From Hyperthermus butylicus DSM 5456 (lineage in GTDB: Archaea; Thermoproteota; Thermoprotei_A; Sulfolobales; Pyrodictiaceae): 32,000 nt of DNA. Below the pieces are notes generated by a model, which worked only from the letters and a program-made list of their open reading frames with translations, made no database searches and was not told where the DNA came from. Location: positions 360,001 through 392,000 of the forward strand of contig NC_008818.1 in NCBI RefSeq assembly GCF_000015145.1. The letters are read 5' to 3'. Both the position numbers and the translations under genes were made by a program. Shown here one piece after another: positions 18,155-28,490 of this stretch (positions are counted from its first letter, which is position 1; each line of letters begins with the position of its first letter).

Positions 18155-18823
18155 ATGGGCAGCGCTAGGGGATGCAGGGTACGCCTCGTAGCACTAGACG
18201 TTGACGGCGTAGTGGTACCTGTAAGGAGCAGCTGGGGTTACATCCATGAAGTTCTTGGAACAACAGAGGATAGCGAACTAAACTATAGCCTCTTCCGGAG
18301 CGGTCTCATAGGCTACTGGGAGTGGATGTATCTAGATACGCTTGCATGGGTGGAAGCAAAGCCGGGCATAACACGGTGGGAGCTAGAGGAAATATTCAAC
18401 CAAATACCCATAAATAGTGATGCCAAAAAAGCCGTCGAGATATTGAGGAAGGCCGGGCTTGAGATAGCACTGGTAAGCGGTGGCGTAGATATCCTAGTAT
18501 CACGGGTAGCTAGAGAACTGGGAATAAAGCACTGGATATCACCAGCATTAGTCTTCGATCCATGGGGCCGCTTGGTACCGGGTGGTGAGCCACGGCTAGA
18601 GGCAGACCGAAAGGACAAAGCCGTACTAAGACTAGCGAAAAAGCTAGGCTACACTATGAGGCAAGTTGCATTCGTCGGTGACAGCAAATGGGATCTGAGA
18701 GGCATGAGAGAAGCGTGCCTCGCGATAGCAGTAAACCCAGCGGATAGCGAGGTCATACGCGAAGCTGACTATGTGGCGAGAAACCTTGTCGAGGCTGCAG
18801 AGTTCATAGTGAAACACGCCTAA
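18155..18823 (+). CDS. HAD-superfamily phosphatase, phosphoserine-phosphatase-like
   Basis: Motif I ALDVDGVVVPV, motif II ALVSGGVD, motif III/IV RKDKAVLRLAKKLGY...VAFVGDSKWDLRGMREA. Confidence 0.82.
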   Translation: MGSARGCRVRLVALDVDGVVVPVRSSWGYIHEVLGTTEDSELNYSLFRSGLIGYWEWMYLDTLAWVEAKPGITRWELEEIFNQIPINSDAKKAVEILRKAGLEIALVSGGVDILVSRVARELGIKHWISPALVFDPWGRLVPGGEPRLEADRKDKAVLRLAKKLGYTMRQVAFVGDSKWDLRGMREACLAIAVNPADSEVIREADYVARNLVEAAEFIVKHA

Positions 18824-19335
18824 CTGGAAACGATCTTCCTAACAATACCCTCAACAACCACGTTATCACGCTTAACGAGCAACGGCGAACTCATACCCAC
18901 CACATATACAACAGTCTCGTTAGCCCTCAAGCGCGGCACAAGGCTTAGAAGATCGCCAATGACATTCTGACTTACAACATCATCCACAAGACTTACGGGA
19001 GTTATAAGAGCTGCTACTGCAGCCCCCTCCTCGTAGATTATAACGCCGATGAATCGAGAGGAATTACCCTCCACAAGCTCTACAGAATAGTGCTTTGCAC
19101 CGACAATCTCAGCCAGCTTTGAAGCCATGTCACGGGCTTGCTTCTCCCCAAGGCTGACAGGAGCAAACACCTTCACCTCAACTACTGGCCCACTAAACCC
19201 TAGCAGTGCTGGCGCAAAGATGTATATAACCTCGGCTATTAGGAGGATTATGATGCCTGCCCCCATAGCGTAGACTATTATCTTGCCACGCCTACGCCTA
19301 GCCAAGACGCACACCAACAAAAACAAGGCACCCAT
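18820..19335 (-). CDS. Hypothetical membrane-anchored protein
   Basis: N-terminal TM segments (GALFLLVCVLA, IIVYAMGAGIIILLIAEVIYIFAPALLGF) then a soluble domain. Confidence 0.6.
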   Translation of the reverse strand: MGALFLLVCVLARRRRGKIIVYAMGAGIIILLIAEVIYIFAPALLGFSGPVVEVKVFAPVSLGEKQARDMASKLAEIVGAKHYSVELVEGNSSRFIGVIIYEEGAAVAALITPVSLVDDVVSQNVIGDLLSLVPRLRANETVVYVVGMSSPLLVKRDNVVVEGIVRKIVSS

Positions 19336-19440
19336 GAATTAAAAGGGGTATCCCTCGAAGGAGCACTATTAAGATGGAGCCTAGAAGCTAAGAAGGGGTA
19401 TACCTCTCCACCCACCCCCTACTCCTACGGGGATAGTGTC

Positions 19441-20622
19441 ATGCCAGCAAATCTTACACCGGAAGCACAAGCGAAACTCGCAAAGTATAGCGAGGCCAAG
19501 ACTATCGAGGAGAAGATTCGTGCCCTCGAGGAGTTCCTATCAGTAGCACCAAAACATAAAGGCGCGGAAAACCTGTTGCTCTGGGCTAAGCGGCGTCTTG
19601 CAGAGCTGAGGGAACAGCTGGAAGAGGAGAAGAGGAAAAGGAGGTCCAGAGGCGGTGGAGGCCCAAGAATATTCATTGAGAAGGAGGGAGCAGCCCAGGT
19701 AGCTATCATCGGACCGCCCAATACTGGCAAGAGCATGCTAGTCCACAAGCTCACTGGCGCGAGAACAAGAGTTGCAGACTATCCGTTCTCAACGGTTAAC
19801 CCTGTCCCTGGCATGTTGCCCTATAAGGACATATACTTCCAGCTCATAGATACGCCCCCGCTGTCCGAGTCTGCACCACAGTACATACCTCGGATCGTGG
19901 GTATAGCCCGCAACGCTGACGCCATAATAATTGTTGTAGGCCTTGACGAGGATCCACTACAGCAGTACATCTACGTGCGGGACATCCTGGCCGAACACGG
20001 CGTGTTCATAGAGAAGCCGAAGGGCACTGTACGCATTGAGAAGGGTGGAGAGCACGGCATACAAGTTCTAGGCAATGGAAGGATAATTGACGGCACTGTT
20101 AAGGATGTAGAAGTCCTGCTTGCAAGGTATAGGATATACCGCGCCAAGGTATACATTGAGGGCGAAGTCACACTTGACGATATCGAGATGGCGATATTCC
20201 GCAGCACAGTCTACAAGCCAGCAATAGTCCTAGCAAACAAAGCTGATCTTCCAGGCGCTGCTGAGAAATACCGTAAACTCTACAGCTACCTAGCCTCGCG
20301 GAGAGAACGCAGCGTATGGCTCATACCAGTTTCAGCTAGAACCGGGCTAAACCTCGACAAGATAGGGGAGGCTCTCTTCAAACGCTTAGACATCATAAGG
20401 GTCTACACTAAGAAGCCCAACAGCGAGCCGACAAAAACACCAGTTATACTTCGCCGAGGCGCCACGGTTAGGGATCTAGCAGAACACATACACAGCGACT
20501 TCCTAGAGTACTTCCTCTACGCTAAGGTATGGGGCCCCTCAGCTAAATATCCCGGCGAGAGAGTGGGACTAGACCACGTACTAGAGGATGGCGACATCGT
20601 GGAAATACATACACGGAAGTAG
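19441..20622 (+). CDS. DRG/Obg-type GTPase with C-terminal TGS domain
   Basis: G1 GPPNTGKSMLVHKLTG, LIDTPPL, NKADLPG, and C-terminal TGS-like segment RRGATVRDLAEHIHSDFLEYFLYAKVWG...GLDHVLEDGDIVEIH. Confidence 0.9.
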   Translation: MPANLTPEAQAKLAKYSEAKTIEEKIRALEEFLSVAPKHKGAENLLLWAKRRLAELREQLEEEKRKRRSRGGGGPRIFIEKEGAAQVAIIGPPNTGKSMLVHKLTGARTRVADYPFSTVNPVPGMLPYKDIYFQLIDTPPLSESAPQYIPRIVGIARNADAIIIVVGLDEDPLQQYIYVRDILAEHGVFIEKPKGTVRIEKGGEHGIQVLGNGRIIDGTVKDVEVLLARYRIYRAKVYIEGEVTLDDIEMAIFRSTVYKPAIVLANKADLPGAAEKYRKLYSYLASRRERSVWLIPVSARTGLNLDKIGEALFKRLDIIRVYTKKPNSEPTKTPVILRRGATVRDLAEHIHSDFLEYFLYAKVWGPSAKYPGERVGLDHVLEDGDIVEIHTRK

Positions 20623-20627
20623 GCTAG

Positions 20628-21143
20628 CTACTCTAGCCCAGCGAGCCTCCTAAGCCTCCTCACTATAAGCTCGTAGACCGGCTCACCTTCTCGGAGAAGC
20701 TTATAGCTCAACGGCGGGTTCCAGCCTGGGATTATGCGGCGTATCTCCTCCAGCACGACCCGCCTGGGATAGAGCACTGGATTTCTAACCTCAAGCGCCA
20801 TCGCTTTCGATGCGCCCTTAATGTAGTGCCATGCATCCCCACCGACGCCTGCATCATCATGCTGCATAACCTTGCGCCATACTTCTTCAGCAGTTCCCTC
20901 AATAACTCTGCCCACAGTGAACTCGCCGATAATTGCTCTCACGTTGCCAGATGCGTAGACCACCATGACCGCGCCCTCGGGGATGCGACCAGCAATATTG
21001 CGGCGTAGTTCAAACTTTTTCTTCTCACGGAATATCTGATATGCGTAGACAGGCCTAATGGATATGAGGTATATCTCGGCACCCGCGGCAGTTATCGCTG
21101 GCTCTGCCTGTTGTAGCTTCCTCTGCCTAGCCAATACCGTCAC
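20628..21143 (-). CDS. ASCH-domain-like protein
   Basis: ISIRPVYAYQIFREKKKFELRRNIAGRIPEGAVMVVYASGNVRAIIGEFTVGRV matches an ASCH/PUA-like fold signature. Confidence 0.65.
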   Translation of the reverse strand: MTVLARQRKLQQAEPAITAAGAEIYLISIRPVYAYQIFREKKKFELRRNIAGRIPEGAVMVVYASGNVRAIIGEFTVGRVIEGTAEEVWRKVMQHDDAGVGGDAWHYIKGASKAMALEVRNPVLYPRRVVLEEIRRIIPGWNPPLSYKLLREGEPVYELIVRRLRRLAGLE

Positions 21144-21826
21144 CTCTCACGTTTACTACCATAGCGTTCGATTAGGCTCTCATACTCTCTGCGAAGATCC
21201 CTCTCCTCGACTTCGCCCATAGGCGTCTTTTCCCTCCATGCGCGGCTGGTGAAGCGATAGAATTCGGTATCACTATCGAGCCAACACGTTGGCGGCATAC
21301 CAGCCTTAACGCATGTTTCTGCTAGGAACGTCTCCTCGTCCCATAGATACTCTACCGGAACCTCTGGGAGGAGTAGACCCTGCAGGAACCCTTTCTTAGC
21401 TACGAGGCCGTGGCGGCCAATGACTATGCTCTTCACCCTCTCCTCTGGAGTTGAAGGTAGAGGCTCTAGTGGGCCTAGAACGCTAACCTCGAATGTTACC
21501 CTTGGAAGCTCGTTGCGGTTCATAGGGGGGAAGCGTGGATCGTTAAATGCTGCCTCAACAGCGACATCGATTACTGTTTCGACTAGGCTCTTAACAGGGT
21601 ATACGTAGCCTATACAGCCCCTAAGCTCCCTCGCCTCTGGCCCGTAGTATGTTGTTATCGTTACGAACGCTGCGCCTGGCCTCAGTAGCCCCTCGGGTGC
21701 ATCGCTGGGTATCGGCATCCGCTTACCATGCTCGAAGTAGTATTCCACACTACGCCTTGCAAGTCTTACCAGGTATGCTCCCTCCTCGAATGTTAGCTCA
21801 TCCGGTCTAACCTGCTCTCCAGACAT
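21140..21826 (-). CDS. AMMECR1-domain protein
   Basis: FVTITTYYGPEARELRGCIGYVYPVKSLVETVIDVAVEAAFNDPRFPP, the hallmark LRGCIG motif. Confidence 0.9.
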   Translation of the reverse strand: MSGEQVRPDELTFEEGAYLVRLARRSVEYYFEHGKRMPIPSDAPEGLLRPGAAFVTITTYYGPEARELRGCIGYVYPVKSLVETVIDVAVEAAFNDPRFPPMNRNELPRVTFEVSVLGPLEPLPSTPEERVKSIVIGRHGLVAKKGFLQGLLLPEVPVEYLWDEETFLAETCVKAGMPPTCWLDSDTEFYRFTSRAWREKTPMGEVEERDLRREYESLIERYGSKRER

Positions 21827-21915
21827 ACCCTTAGCCCCCTCTAGACTCTCTACATGGCCTAGAAGCCCTTAATACTATTAGCGTAGCTGTAGCTCGCCAC
21901 CAACATTCGGAGCCA

Positions 21916-23223
21916 TTGGATCAGCATCGCTGCATACTGAGGTGTCCATCTGTGGTGGAGCCCGTTGAGGCTGTATGTGCAAGGATTCTGGCGCGTATCG
22001 AGGCTAAACTCTACTCCCTCCGCTACATCGTCGAGAAGATGAAGCCTCGAGTGCCAAGGGGTCTCCTCAACGCGCTCTGCCTGGGTGTGCTGAGGAACTA
22101 CAGGCTGCTCATACGCGCTCTCCGCTATTGCGGATACCGTGGAGACGTCCGCGGCAATGCCAGAGGCTGGCTTCCAATAGTCATCGCCTACGAGGCTATG
22201 TTCCGCCACGATTCTGTGCCAGCTGAGAAGCTTAGAAGCCTTGGGGTACTAGGTGGGGAAACCATAGATTGCTTGCGTGGCCTTGAGCCAAAGCATGTAG
22301 TCTCTGGTCTCCATGGGCTCGAGCGACTAGCAGTGCTCTACAGCATGCCGCTGTGGGTTGTCGAGGAGCTTGCAAAAGCAGAGCCACCAGGCGGCATAGA
22401 GGAGTTGCTGAAATCGTTCCAGGAGCCGACACCGATATGGATAAGGTTTAACAAGCGTAGGCTCAGTAGGGAGCAAGCCATCAAGATGCTGGAGGCTATT
22501 GGCATAAGCGTGAAGCCAGACCCCGTGCTCGACGACTCGCTAGAGGTTATACGGGTAGAGCCAGGAGCTATAGAGAGGCTTGATAACAGACTGTTCTACG
22601 TCCAGGATAGAGCTGCGATGCTGGCTTCACACCTCCTAGGGAAGTTCGAGGGTGCCGTGTACGATTTCTTCAGCGCACCCGGCAATAAGCTAGCACACAC
22701 CTACTGGCGGAGCGGCCCAACCTACGCTGTAGCACTTGAGGTTTCAAGGCGGAGGCTACACGACGAGCAGAGGCTCCTGCAGCGCCAGGCAGTACTACTT
22801 GTTGACGCTGCCGAGGCTGATGCCACTAGGCCACCACTGAGGCCGGGCAGCGGGAGGGCTATAATAGTGGATCCAGACTGCACCAGCATGGGCAGGCTGG
22901 GTCATAGTCCAGAGACGAGGCTCTTCCTCGAGAGGGCTGGACGTAGGATCGTTGAAAGACTCGCGGAGCTGCAGGAAGCGGGGCTCAGGGCAGCACTTAG
23001 AACAGCTGCCAGGGGGGCCAAGGTCGTGTATATGACATGTACATTAACGCTCAGGGAGAACGAGGAGGTTGTTAGGAAGGTTGTTGAGGATGGGCTTGCA
23101 GAACTCGTGGAGGCTAAGCCCCTCATAGGCGTATGGAGCCCCTTCATGAGGAAGACACAGCGCGTATACCCCCACATGTCTAAGTGTACGGGTGGCTTTG
23201 CAGCACTACTCATCAGAGTCTAG
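21916..23223 (+). CDS. NOL1/NOP2/Sun (RsmB/NSUN)-family RNA m5C methyltransferase, divergent
   Basis: FDFFSAPGNKLAH-like SAM motif (frame reads VYDFFSAPGNKLAH), DPDCTSMG (motif IV cysteine) and VYMTCTLTLRENEEVV (motif VI cysteine). N-terminal NusB-like helical region. Confidence 0.78.
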   Translation: MDQHRCILRCPSVVEPVEAVCARILARIEAKLYSLRYIVEKMKPRVPRGLLNALCLGVLRNYRLLIRALRYCGYRGDVRGNARGWLPIVIAYEAMFRHDSVPAEKLRSLGVLGGETIDCLRGLEPKHVVSGLHGLERLAVLYSMPLWVVEELAKAEPPGGIEELLKSFQEPTPIWIRFNKRRLSREQAIKMLEAIGISVKPDPVLDDSLEVIRVEPGAIERLDNRLFYVQDRAAMLASHLLGKFEGAVYDFFSAPGNKLAHTYWRSGPTYAVALEVSRRRLHDEQRLLQRQAVLLVDAAEADATRPPLRPGSGRAIIVDPDCTSMGRLGHSPETRLFLERAGRRIVERLAELQEAGLRAALRTAARGAKVVYMTCTLTLRENEEVVRKVVEDGLAELVEAKPLIGVWSPFMRKTQRVYPHMSKCTGGFAALLIRV

Positions 23224-23877
23224 AGCGCCTCTATGCTCGGAGTACTTTATTGCTGCGAGTACACGTACAGCAATCTCCCTTGACAGCTTATCGATAGGCT
23301 TCTCTACACCATTCCTAGATCCTTCAACCCATAGTACAACTGGCACCACGCGGCTAACCCGCTGGATGACGTGCCTGTAACTCTCTCTGAGCGCACGAAG
23401 AGCTGCAAGTGTTTCAGGTAGCTCGCGTACCCTGCCCCTAGAGGCAAGGCGCCGAAAAGCTATGAGAGGCTCTACATCAATGTATACAAGTATGTCTGGC
23501 CTCCATGCATACTTGTTAACGATATAAACCCAGTCAGCATCCACAGCGTAGGGAAAGAGTTCGCAAGTCTGATATGCTAGGCTTGAAATCCAGCTCCTAT
23601 CACTTACAACGATGCAGCTCCTACCCTGCAGCCTTTCCTCAAGCGAGCGCTGCAGTAGGAGCCTATCAGCGGCAAAGAGCAACGCTAGTACATCCTGGTG
23701 GAAGGGACCGTGCCGGAGCATGTGCCGAATAACACCGCCCACAACATCCTTTGAGGGCTCCTCGACAAGCTCTACACAGTAGCCAAGAAGACGCAACTTT
23801 TCAGCCAGCAACCTGGCATGAGTTGTTGTTCCAGCCCCGTCTATACCCTCGAACACAACATATACGGGCCTAGCCAA
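23206..23877 (-). CDS. tmk: Thymidylate kinase; probable TTG start at 23877..23875 rather than the longest ORF start at 24003
   Basis: VYVVFEGIDGAGTTTHARLLAEKL P-loop and RCIVVSDRSWISSLAYQ. The longer N-terminal extension overlaps the divergent flavoprotein gene and lacks family similarity. Confidence 0.82.
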   Translation of the reverse strand: MARPVYVVFEGIDGAGTTTHARLLAEKLRLLGYCVELVEEPSKDVVGGVIRHMLRHGPFHQDVLALLFAADRLLLQRSLEERLQGRSCIVVSDRSWISSLAYQTCELFPYAVDADWVYIVNKYAWRPDILVYIDVEPLIAFRRLASRGRVRELPETLAALRALRESYRHVIQRVSRVVPVVLWVEGSRNGVEKPIDKLSREIAVRVLAAIKYSEHRGALDSDE

Positions 23878-23941
23878 TGTTCGTGCCCTCGGACGCCTAA
23901 GTGGGGCTATCCACGCCCTTCCAGCTGGGGGCTGGTGCTGT

Positions 23942-24664
23942 ATGGCTGGTATAAGGGTGCTGGGGATAAACGGCTCTGCTAGAAAGTACGGTAACAGCTT
24001 CAAGATGCTATGGATAGCACTTAAGGCTGCAGAGGACGAGGGCGCCGAGACCGAGATAATACACCTCTACGACTACAAGCTGATACTCTGCATGGCATGT
24101 TACTCGGACAACCTCTACGAGTGCTACTACCCGAAGAGATGCCCCCTAGGACTGGAGGACCAGTACCACGAGATAGCCGAGAAGATATTGTCGAGCCATG
24201 CTGTGATATTCTCGACACCAGTATACTGGTTTATGGCCTCTGCAGCTGTTAAGACCCTTGTAGAACGTATGACCGGCATGGAGAACATGCTATACCATAT
24301 CGGTAAGAGCCTCCTCGACGGCAAGGTTGCAGGTATAATAGCTGTCGGCGAGGAAACTGGAGCCACCATGGCCCTATCCTGGCTTATGCTAACACTTAAC
24401 ATGATGGGGTTCCATATACCAGCCTGGGCTACCGTGTACTACCACGGGAAGGGAGACGCCATGGATAATGAGCAAGCTGTACTAGACGCCTATAATCTCG
24501 GCCGCAACGTAGCTAGGCTAGCAAAGATCCTTGCCGGCAAGGTTGACGGAGAGCCATGGTATAGCCTAGACTACCGGAGTAGAGCACGCCAGCTTGCCGA
24601 AGAAGCCAAAAAGACCGCTATGAATAACCGCGAAGCTGCACGGAGGGATAGGCCGTGGCTATAA
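23942..24664 (+). CDS. NAD(P)H-dependent FMN reductase / flavodoxin-fold protein
   Basis: VLGINGSARKYGNSFKMLWIALKAAEDEGAETEIIHLYDY and VIFSTPVYWFMASAAVKTLVERM, typical of NADPH-dependent FMN reductases. Confidence 0.88.
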   Translation: MAGIRVLGINGSARKYGNSFKMLWIALKAAEDEGAETEIIHLYDYKLILCMACYSDNLYECYYPKRCPLGLEDQYHEIAEKILSSHAVIFSTPVYWFMASAAVKTLVERMTGMENMLYHIGKSLLDGKVAGIIAVGEETGATMALSWLMLTLNMMGFHIPAWATVYYHGKGDAMDNEQAVLDAYNLGRNVARLAKILAGKVDGEPWYSLDYRSRARQLAEEAKKTAMNNREAARRDRPWL

Positions 24665-25611
24665 CCGTCTATGGCCCTGTAAGGCTTGGCGACCCCGCCA
24701 TTATAACTCATGGCGGTGCTGGTAGCTGGAAGGCCCTTGAAAGGATAGACCCGGCAGTAGAGGCTACAAGATCAGCAGCCATGGCTGGCCTTAGAGCTGC
24801 TGCTAAGGGCGTCCTAGAAGCTCTTGTAGAGGCCATCGCATCGCTAGAGGATAGTGGTGTGCTTAATGCCGGGCTTGGAAGCGTATTAACCTACGACGGC
24901 CGCGTAGAGATGGATGCTGGGCTCATGCTGGACGATATGCGGGCCGGCGCAGTGGCTGTAGTATCATACCCTCGTAATCCTATAAGACTCGCTGCATACG
25001 TGGCGGAAAACCTTGACCACATAATAATTGCCGGTCCCGCCGCTGATAGGCTAGCAGAGAGGCTAGGTCTTGAGAAGCATCCAGGCCCGAGCCAGGCTGC
25101 CCTGGAGAGGTGGAGAAAGCTTAGGGAGCAGCTAGAACGAGGCGAGGGCCCTAGGTGGGCCCGGAAAATAGCCGAACTCTACGGCGATACTGTGGGCGCG
25201 GTAGTTCTCGTCTCGGGCCGACTCGCAGCCGGCACAAGCACCGGGGGTATCGCGTTAAAGCATCCAGGCCGCGTTGGTGACTCCCCCATTCCCGGTGCGG
25301 GGTTCTACGTTGAGCACGGTGTTGGTGGCTGTGCTGCAACCGGGATAGGCGAGACGATAATACTCAGCAGACCTTGCATACACGCCGTCAAGCTGCTAGC
25401 TGAGGGCATGCCCGTAGAGGAGGCTGCAAGGGCAGCTGTTGCCAGACACACAAGACTATTCGGCAGCGATAACCTCGGCATAATACTGCTAGACGCCAAG
25501 GGCAATGCCGCTGCCGCAATAAACACTGAGGGCATGCCCGTAGGCCTCGCAGGGGCTGAGCTAGCAGAACCTCTAGGAGTGATGCTCCGAAGAGGAGAGG
25601 AGAGAGCATAA
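24655..25611 (+). CDS. Isoaspartyl peptidase / L-asparaginase (Ntn-hydrolase, plant-type)
   Basis: THGGAGSW N-terminus, [42 protein letters not shown] with the autocleavage G/T site, ATGIGE. Confidence 0.92.
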   Translation: MAITVYGPVRLGDPAIITHGGAGSWKALERIDPAVEATRSAAMAGLRAAAKGVLEALVEAIASLEDSGVLNAGLGSVLTYDGRVEMDAGLMLDDMRAGAVAVVSYPRNPIRLAAYVAENLDHIIIAGPAADRLAERLGLEKHPGPSQAALERWRKLREQLERGEGPRWARKIAELYGDTVGAVVLVSGRLAAGTSTGGIALKHPGRVGDSPIPGAGFYVEHGVGGCAATGIGETIILSRPCIHAVKLLAEGMPVEEAARAAVARHTRLFGSDNLGIILLDAKGNAAAAINTEGMPVGLAGAELAEPLGVMLRRGEERA

Positions 25612-25681
25612 AGATAAAGAAGCCCCTGTGTCTAGCCAGCGGCCGGGTAGGGAAGGAAGAGCTGAGTGGAGGCTGGCAGGC

Positions 25682-26011
25682 ATGGAGTACATATATGCTA
25701 GCCTCGTGCTCTACGCAGCTGGCAAAGAGATAAACGAGGAGAACCTAAAGAAGATCCTGGAGGCCGCAGGCATACAGGTGGACGAGGCTCGTGTTAAGGC
25801 CGTTGTTGCAGCACTAAAGAACATCAACATAGACGAGGTCATAAAGTCTGCAACAGCAATGCCCGTAGCTCCGGCTGCCGCTCCGGCCCCGGCTGCACCC
25901 GCCGCTGCTGAGGAGAAGAAAGAGGAAGAGAAGGAGGAAGAGGAGAAGAAGAAGGAAGAGGTCAGCGAGGAGCAGCTCGCAGCTGGCCTCGAGAGCCTCT
26001 TCGGCTTCTAA
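25682..26011 (+). CDS. rpl12: Large ribosomal subunit stalk protein P1/L12 (archaeal)
   Basis: [31 protein letters not shown]..., Ala/Pro hinge, acidic Glu/Lys-rich tail, terminal GLESLFGF. The supplied ORF begins 54 nt earlier, but family starts are at MEYIYAS. Confidence 0.95.
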   Translation: MEYIYASLVLYAAGKEINEENLKKILEAAGIQVDEARVKAVVAALKNINIDEVIKSATAMPVAPAAAPAPAAPAAAEEKKEEEKEEEEKKKEEVSEEQLAAGLESLFGF

Positions 26012-26060
26012 TAGGCTCGCTACAAGCCAGCCGGTACCCGAGGAGTGTTTTTACCCCCTC

Positions 26061-26879
26061 TCAGCTGCGGAGCCTCGCATTCCTCAGTACTTCAAGCATT
26101 TTCCTCCTAACACTATCCGCTAGCTTTCCGACAAGCCTTACATAGTTCACTCCTACAGGAGCTTCATCATTCTCCTCTAGCGCTGCAAGTGTGCTGCCGT
26201 AGACTCTTCCATATTGTTCCCTAAGTTCTCTACCGCCAAGTATAGACTCAACAAACACATCTGCAATATAGCTACAAGGCTTGACAACATCCCAGTACAG
26301 GTAGCCGGCGACAGCATGAGCGAAGTCTGAGCGCTTACCAGCATAGTAGTCCATCATAGCCTTGACGCCAGCATCAATAACGTAGATTGATGCTGTGAAT
26401 ACTGGTAGCCGTGCAGCTTGCTCCTCAACACTGAGGGAGCGAAGCCTCTCCACTATCTCGCCGTCGGTACGGTGAGAGTAGTTTAGAACCCAACTCGGCA
26501 CAAGTAGTCCCGGTCCAATATCACCATACATCTTTGCTATTAGCCCCTTAATCTCCATGTTGAAGTATGTTGCCGCGCCAACCTCGGTACCACCCTCGGC
26601 CGTCATGAAGTCCTCTATATCTCTACACACCGGGTGCTGTGTAGTTCTCCTCGACCTAACCCGGGGCCTACACTTATCCTCCCAGATGAGCCACAGATGG
26701 CTAAGTCTGAGAACGCTGGTAGCATAGACGCCTGCGATATCGTCTAGCTCCCTGCTCTCTATCTGCTCAATCACACGAGAAAACATGTCCGCTGGAAGCC
26801 GGGCAACATCCTCTATGAAGCCTTGTAAAGTCCTAACATGTACTTGGCTTCCACTAGCACCGTGTGTATGGTATGACAT
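26061..26879 (-). CDS. Hypothetical, largely helical protein
   Basis: 272-aa ORF between rpl12 and the TIP49 gene, no family recognised. Confidence 0.65.
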   Translation of the reverse strand: MSYHTHGASGSQVHVRTLQGFIEDVARLPADMFSRVIEQIESRELDDIAGVYATSVLRLSHLWLIWEDKCRPRVRSRRTTQHPVCRDIEDFMTAEGGTEVGAATYFNMEIKGLIAKMYGDIGPGLLVPSWVLNYSHRTDGEIVERLRSLSVEEQAARLPVFTASIYVIDAGVKAMMDYYAGKRSDFAHAVAGYLYWDVVKPCSYIADVFVESILGGRELREQYGRVYGSTLAALEENDEAPVGVNYVRLVGKLADSVRRKMLEVLRNARLRS

Positions 26880-27033
26880 GCCTAGTGCACACCTATGCCA
26901 ACGTAGTTTAGCAAATCTTCCATCTGAATGGCGGGGTGGGTGTTCCAGAAGTATAAAGTGACGGCTAGGGGTTGCATAAAACTAGCCTTCCGCTCCGCTC
27001 AGCATAAGACACACAGGAAACCGGGGCTTAGCG

Positions 27034-28392
27034 CTACTTAAGGAACTCCTCTTCAAGTTCTCGGATGTACCTAATGCTCTCCCTCACGTCAACGAAGTAT
27101 TCTGCAGCCTTTTTCACATCCTCAGCTGTAACCTTATTACGGCCCTCACGTTCAGCTATTATCCTTGCCGGCTCCATTAACTGTACCGCGTAGCGGAGGC
27201 TCCTCTCAACACCGAGCTTTGTTAGCTCCTCTAGCGCCTCCTCGGTTAACGGTATTTCCTCCTCATCAGCCCTTATACGTAGAATCTCACGTATCTCCTC
27301 CGCCTTGTATGGCCTAGTCTTAATGATTAGCAGTCTATCGAGGAGGTCTAGCGGTATGCCATGAGGTGACTCTATGTCTGTGCCACGTATCTTCGTAACA
27401 CCACGGTTTGTTGCAAGTACGAGTATTGGTGCTAGCTCGCTCTCCATGGCCCTCGTTAGGAAGCTAAAGGCCTCTATGTCCAACATATGGGCGTCATCTA
27501 TGAATAGTACGCCGGGCACAAGCTCTGCCCTACCCTCATTAATCATCTTCTTAACTTCCTCGTCCACACGCTGCCTAACCTCGCTAGGTATCTCCCTGGT
27601 AGCTGGCATGCCGAGTAGTGTTGCAAAAGCTGTACGCTGAGCAGCATAGGCGACATCTAGGTCATGAAGGGTTAGTGTATGAACTATCTCCTTCCTCTTC
27701 CTCACCGGGCCGTCGGGTATGTCCACGCAGCGGAAGTAGGATACGTCGTAGCGCTTACTCTCCTTCTCGCATGCCCTGCCAACCTTGTATACCTCGCCTG
27801 TCTCAGCATCAATCCATATTACGTCGCCTTTACGCACTCTTAGCTGTATGAGCTGGGCTGCAACTTCCTCTCCTACTCTTAGCGTCCTACTGTCATCCCT
27901 GGTTTCGAGCGTTATCTCGGCCTCGCTGGGCACTCTTACGTACGGGTTGAATGGATGCTTTACGTACGCTATACGTATCCTCGTTACCACACCCTCATAG
28001 ACATCCTTGTGCACCTTTATCCTTACACCGATAGCCTTCCTAATAGCCTGCATTAGTACCTCAGTTTTCTTTAGCTCACTACTATAGATCTCGGAGCCAG
28101 ACATTGCAACGAACGGTGTGTCCTCGCCGAGCTCCTTGGCGATACCCACTGCTATTGCCGTCTTACCGGTACCGCTAGGGCCCACTATGAGGACCCCGCG
28201 ACCAGCCATTCTGCCCTCCTTGATCATTTGCACCACTATGCCCGCTGCTTCGCGTGCTTCAACCTGGCCAACCATACCGTCAGCAATGAACTTTGCACGA
28301 CCCTTCTCGTCGAGGCCCAGACCGCGTATATGACTGTGCGAGCCTATCCTACGCATCTCCCTAGCCGGCTTAACCTCCCTAATGACAGCCAT
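27034..28392 (-). CDS. TIP49/RuvBL-type AAA+ ATPase
   Basis: [105 protein letters not shown]. Confidence 0.95.
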   Translation of the reverse strand: MAVIREVKPAREMRRIGSHSHIRGLGLDEKGRAKFIADGMVGQVEAREAAGIVVQMIKEGRMAGRGVLIVGPSGTGKTAIAVGIAKELGEDTPFVAMSGSEIYSSELKKTEVLMQAIRKAIGVRIKVHKDVYEGVVTRIRIAYVKHPFNPYVRVPSEAEITLETRDDSRTLRVGEEVAAQLIQLRVRKGDVIWIDAETGEVYKVGRACEKESKRYDVSYFRCVDIPDGPVRKRKEIVHTLTLHDLDVAYAAQRTAFATLLGMPATREIPSEVRQRVDEEVKKMINEGRAELVPGVLFIDDAHMLDIEAFSFLTRAMESELAPILVLATNRGVTKIRGTDIESPHGIPLDLLDRLLIIKTRPYKAEEIREILRIRADEEEIPLTEEALEELTKLGVERSLRYAVQLMEPARIIAEREGRNKVTAEDVKKAAEYFVDVRESIRYIRELEEEFLK

Positions 28393-28490
28393 ACCAATAC
28401 CACCCGATATAAAGGCCGCGAAAGGGGCGCTTTACAAAAACCTTACCCTAAAGGGGCTCAGTCCGCGAAGCATCATCAGCGGCATAGAAC

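Noticed and set aside
21859-22209. 116-aa minus-strand ORF at the start of the NSUN-like gene
   Set aside because: Antisense to a better-supported coding region; no motif.
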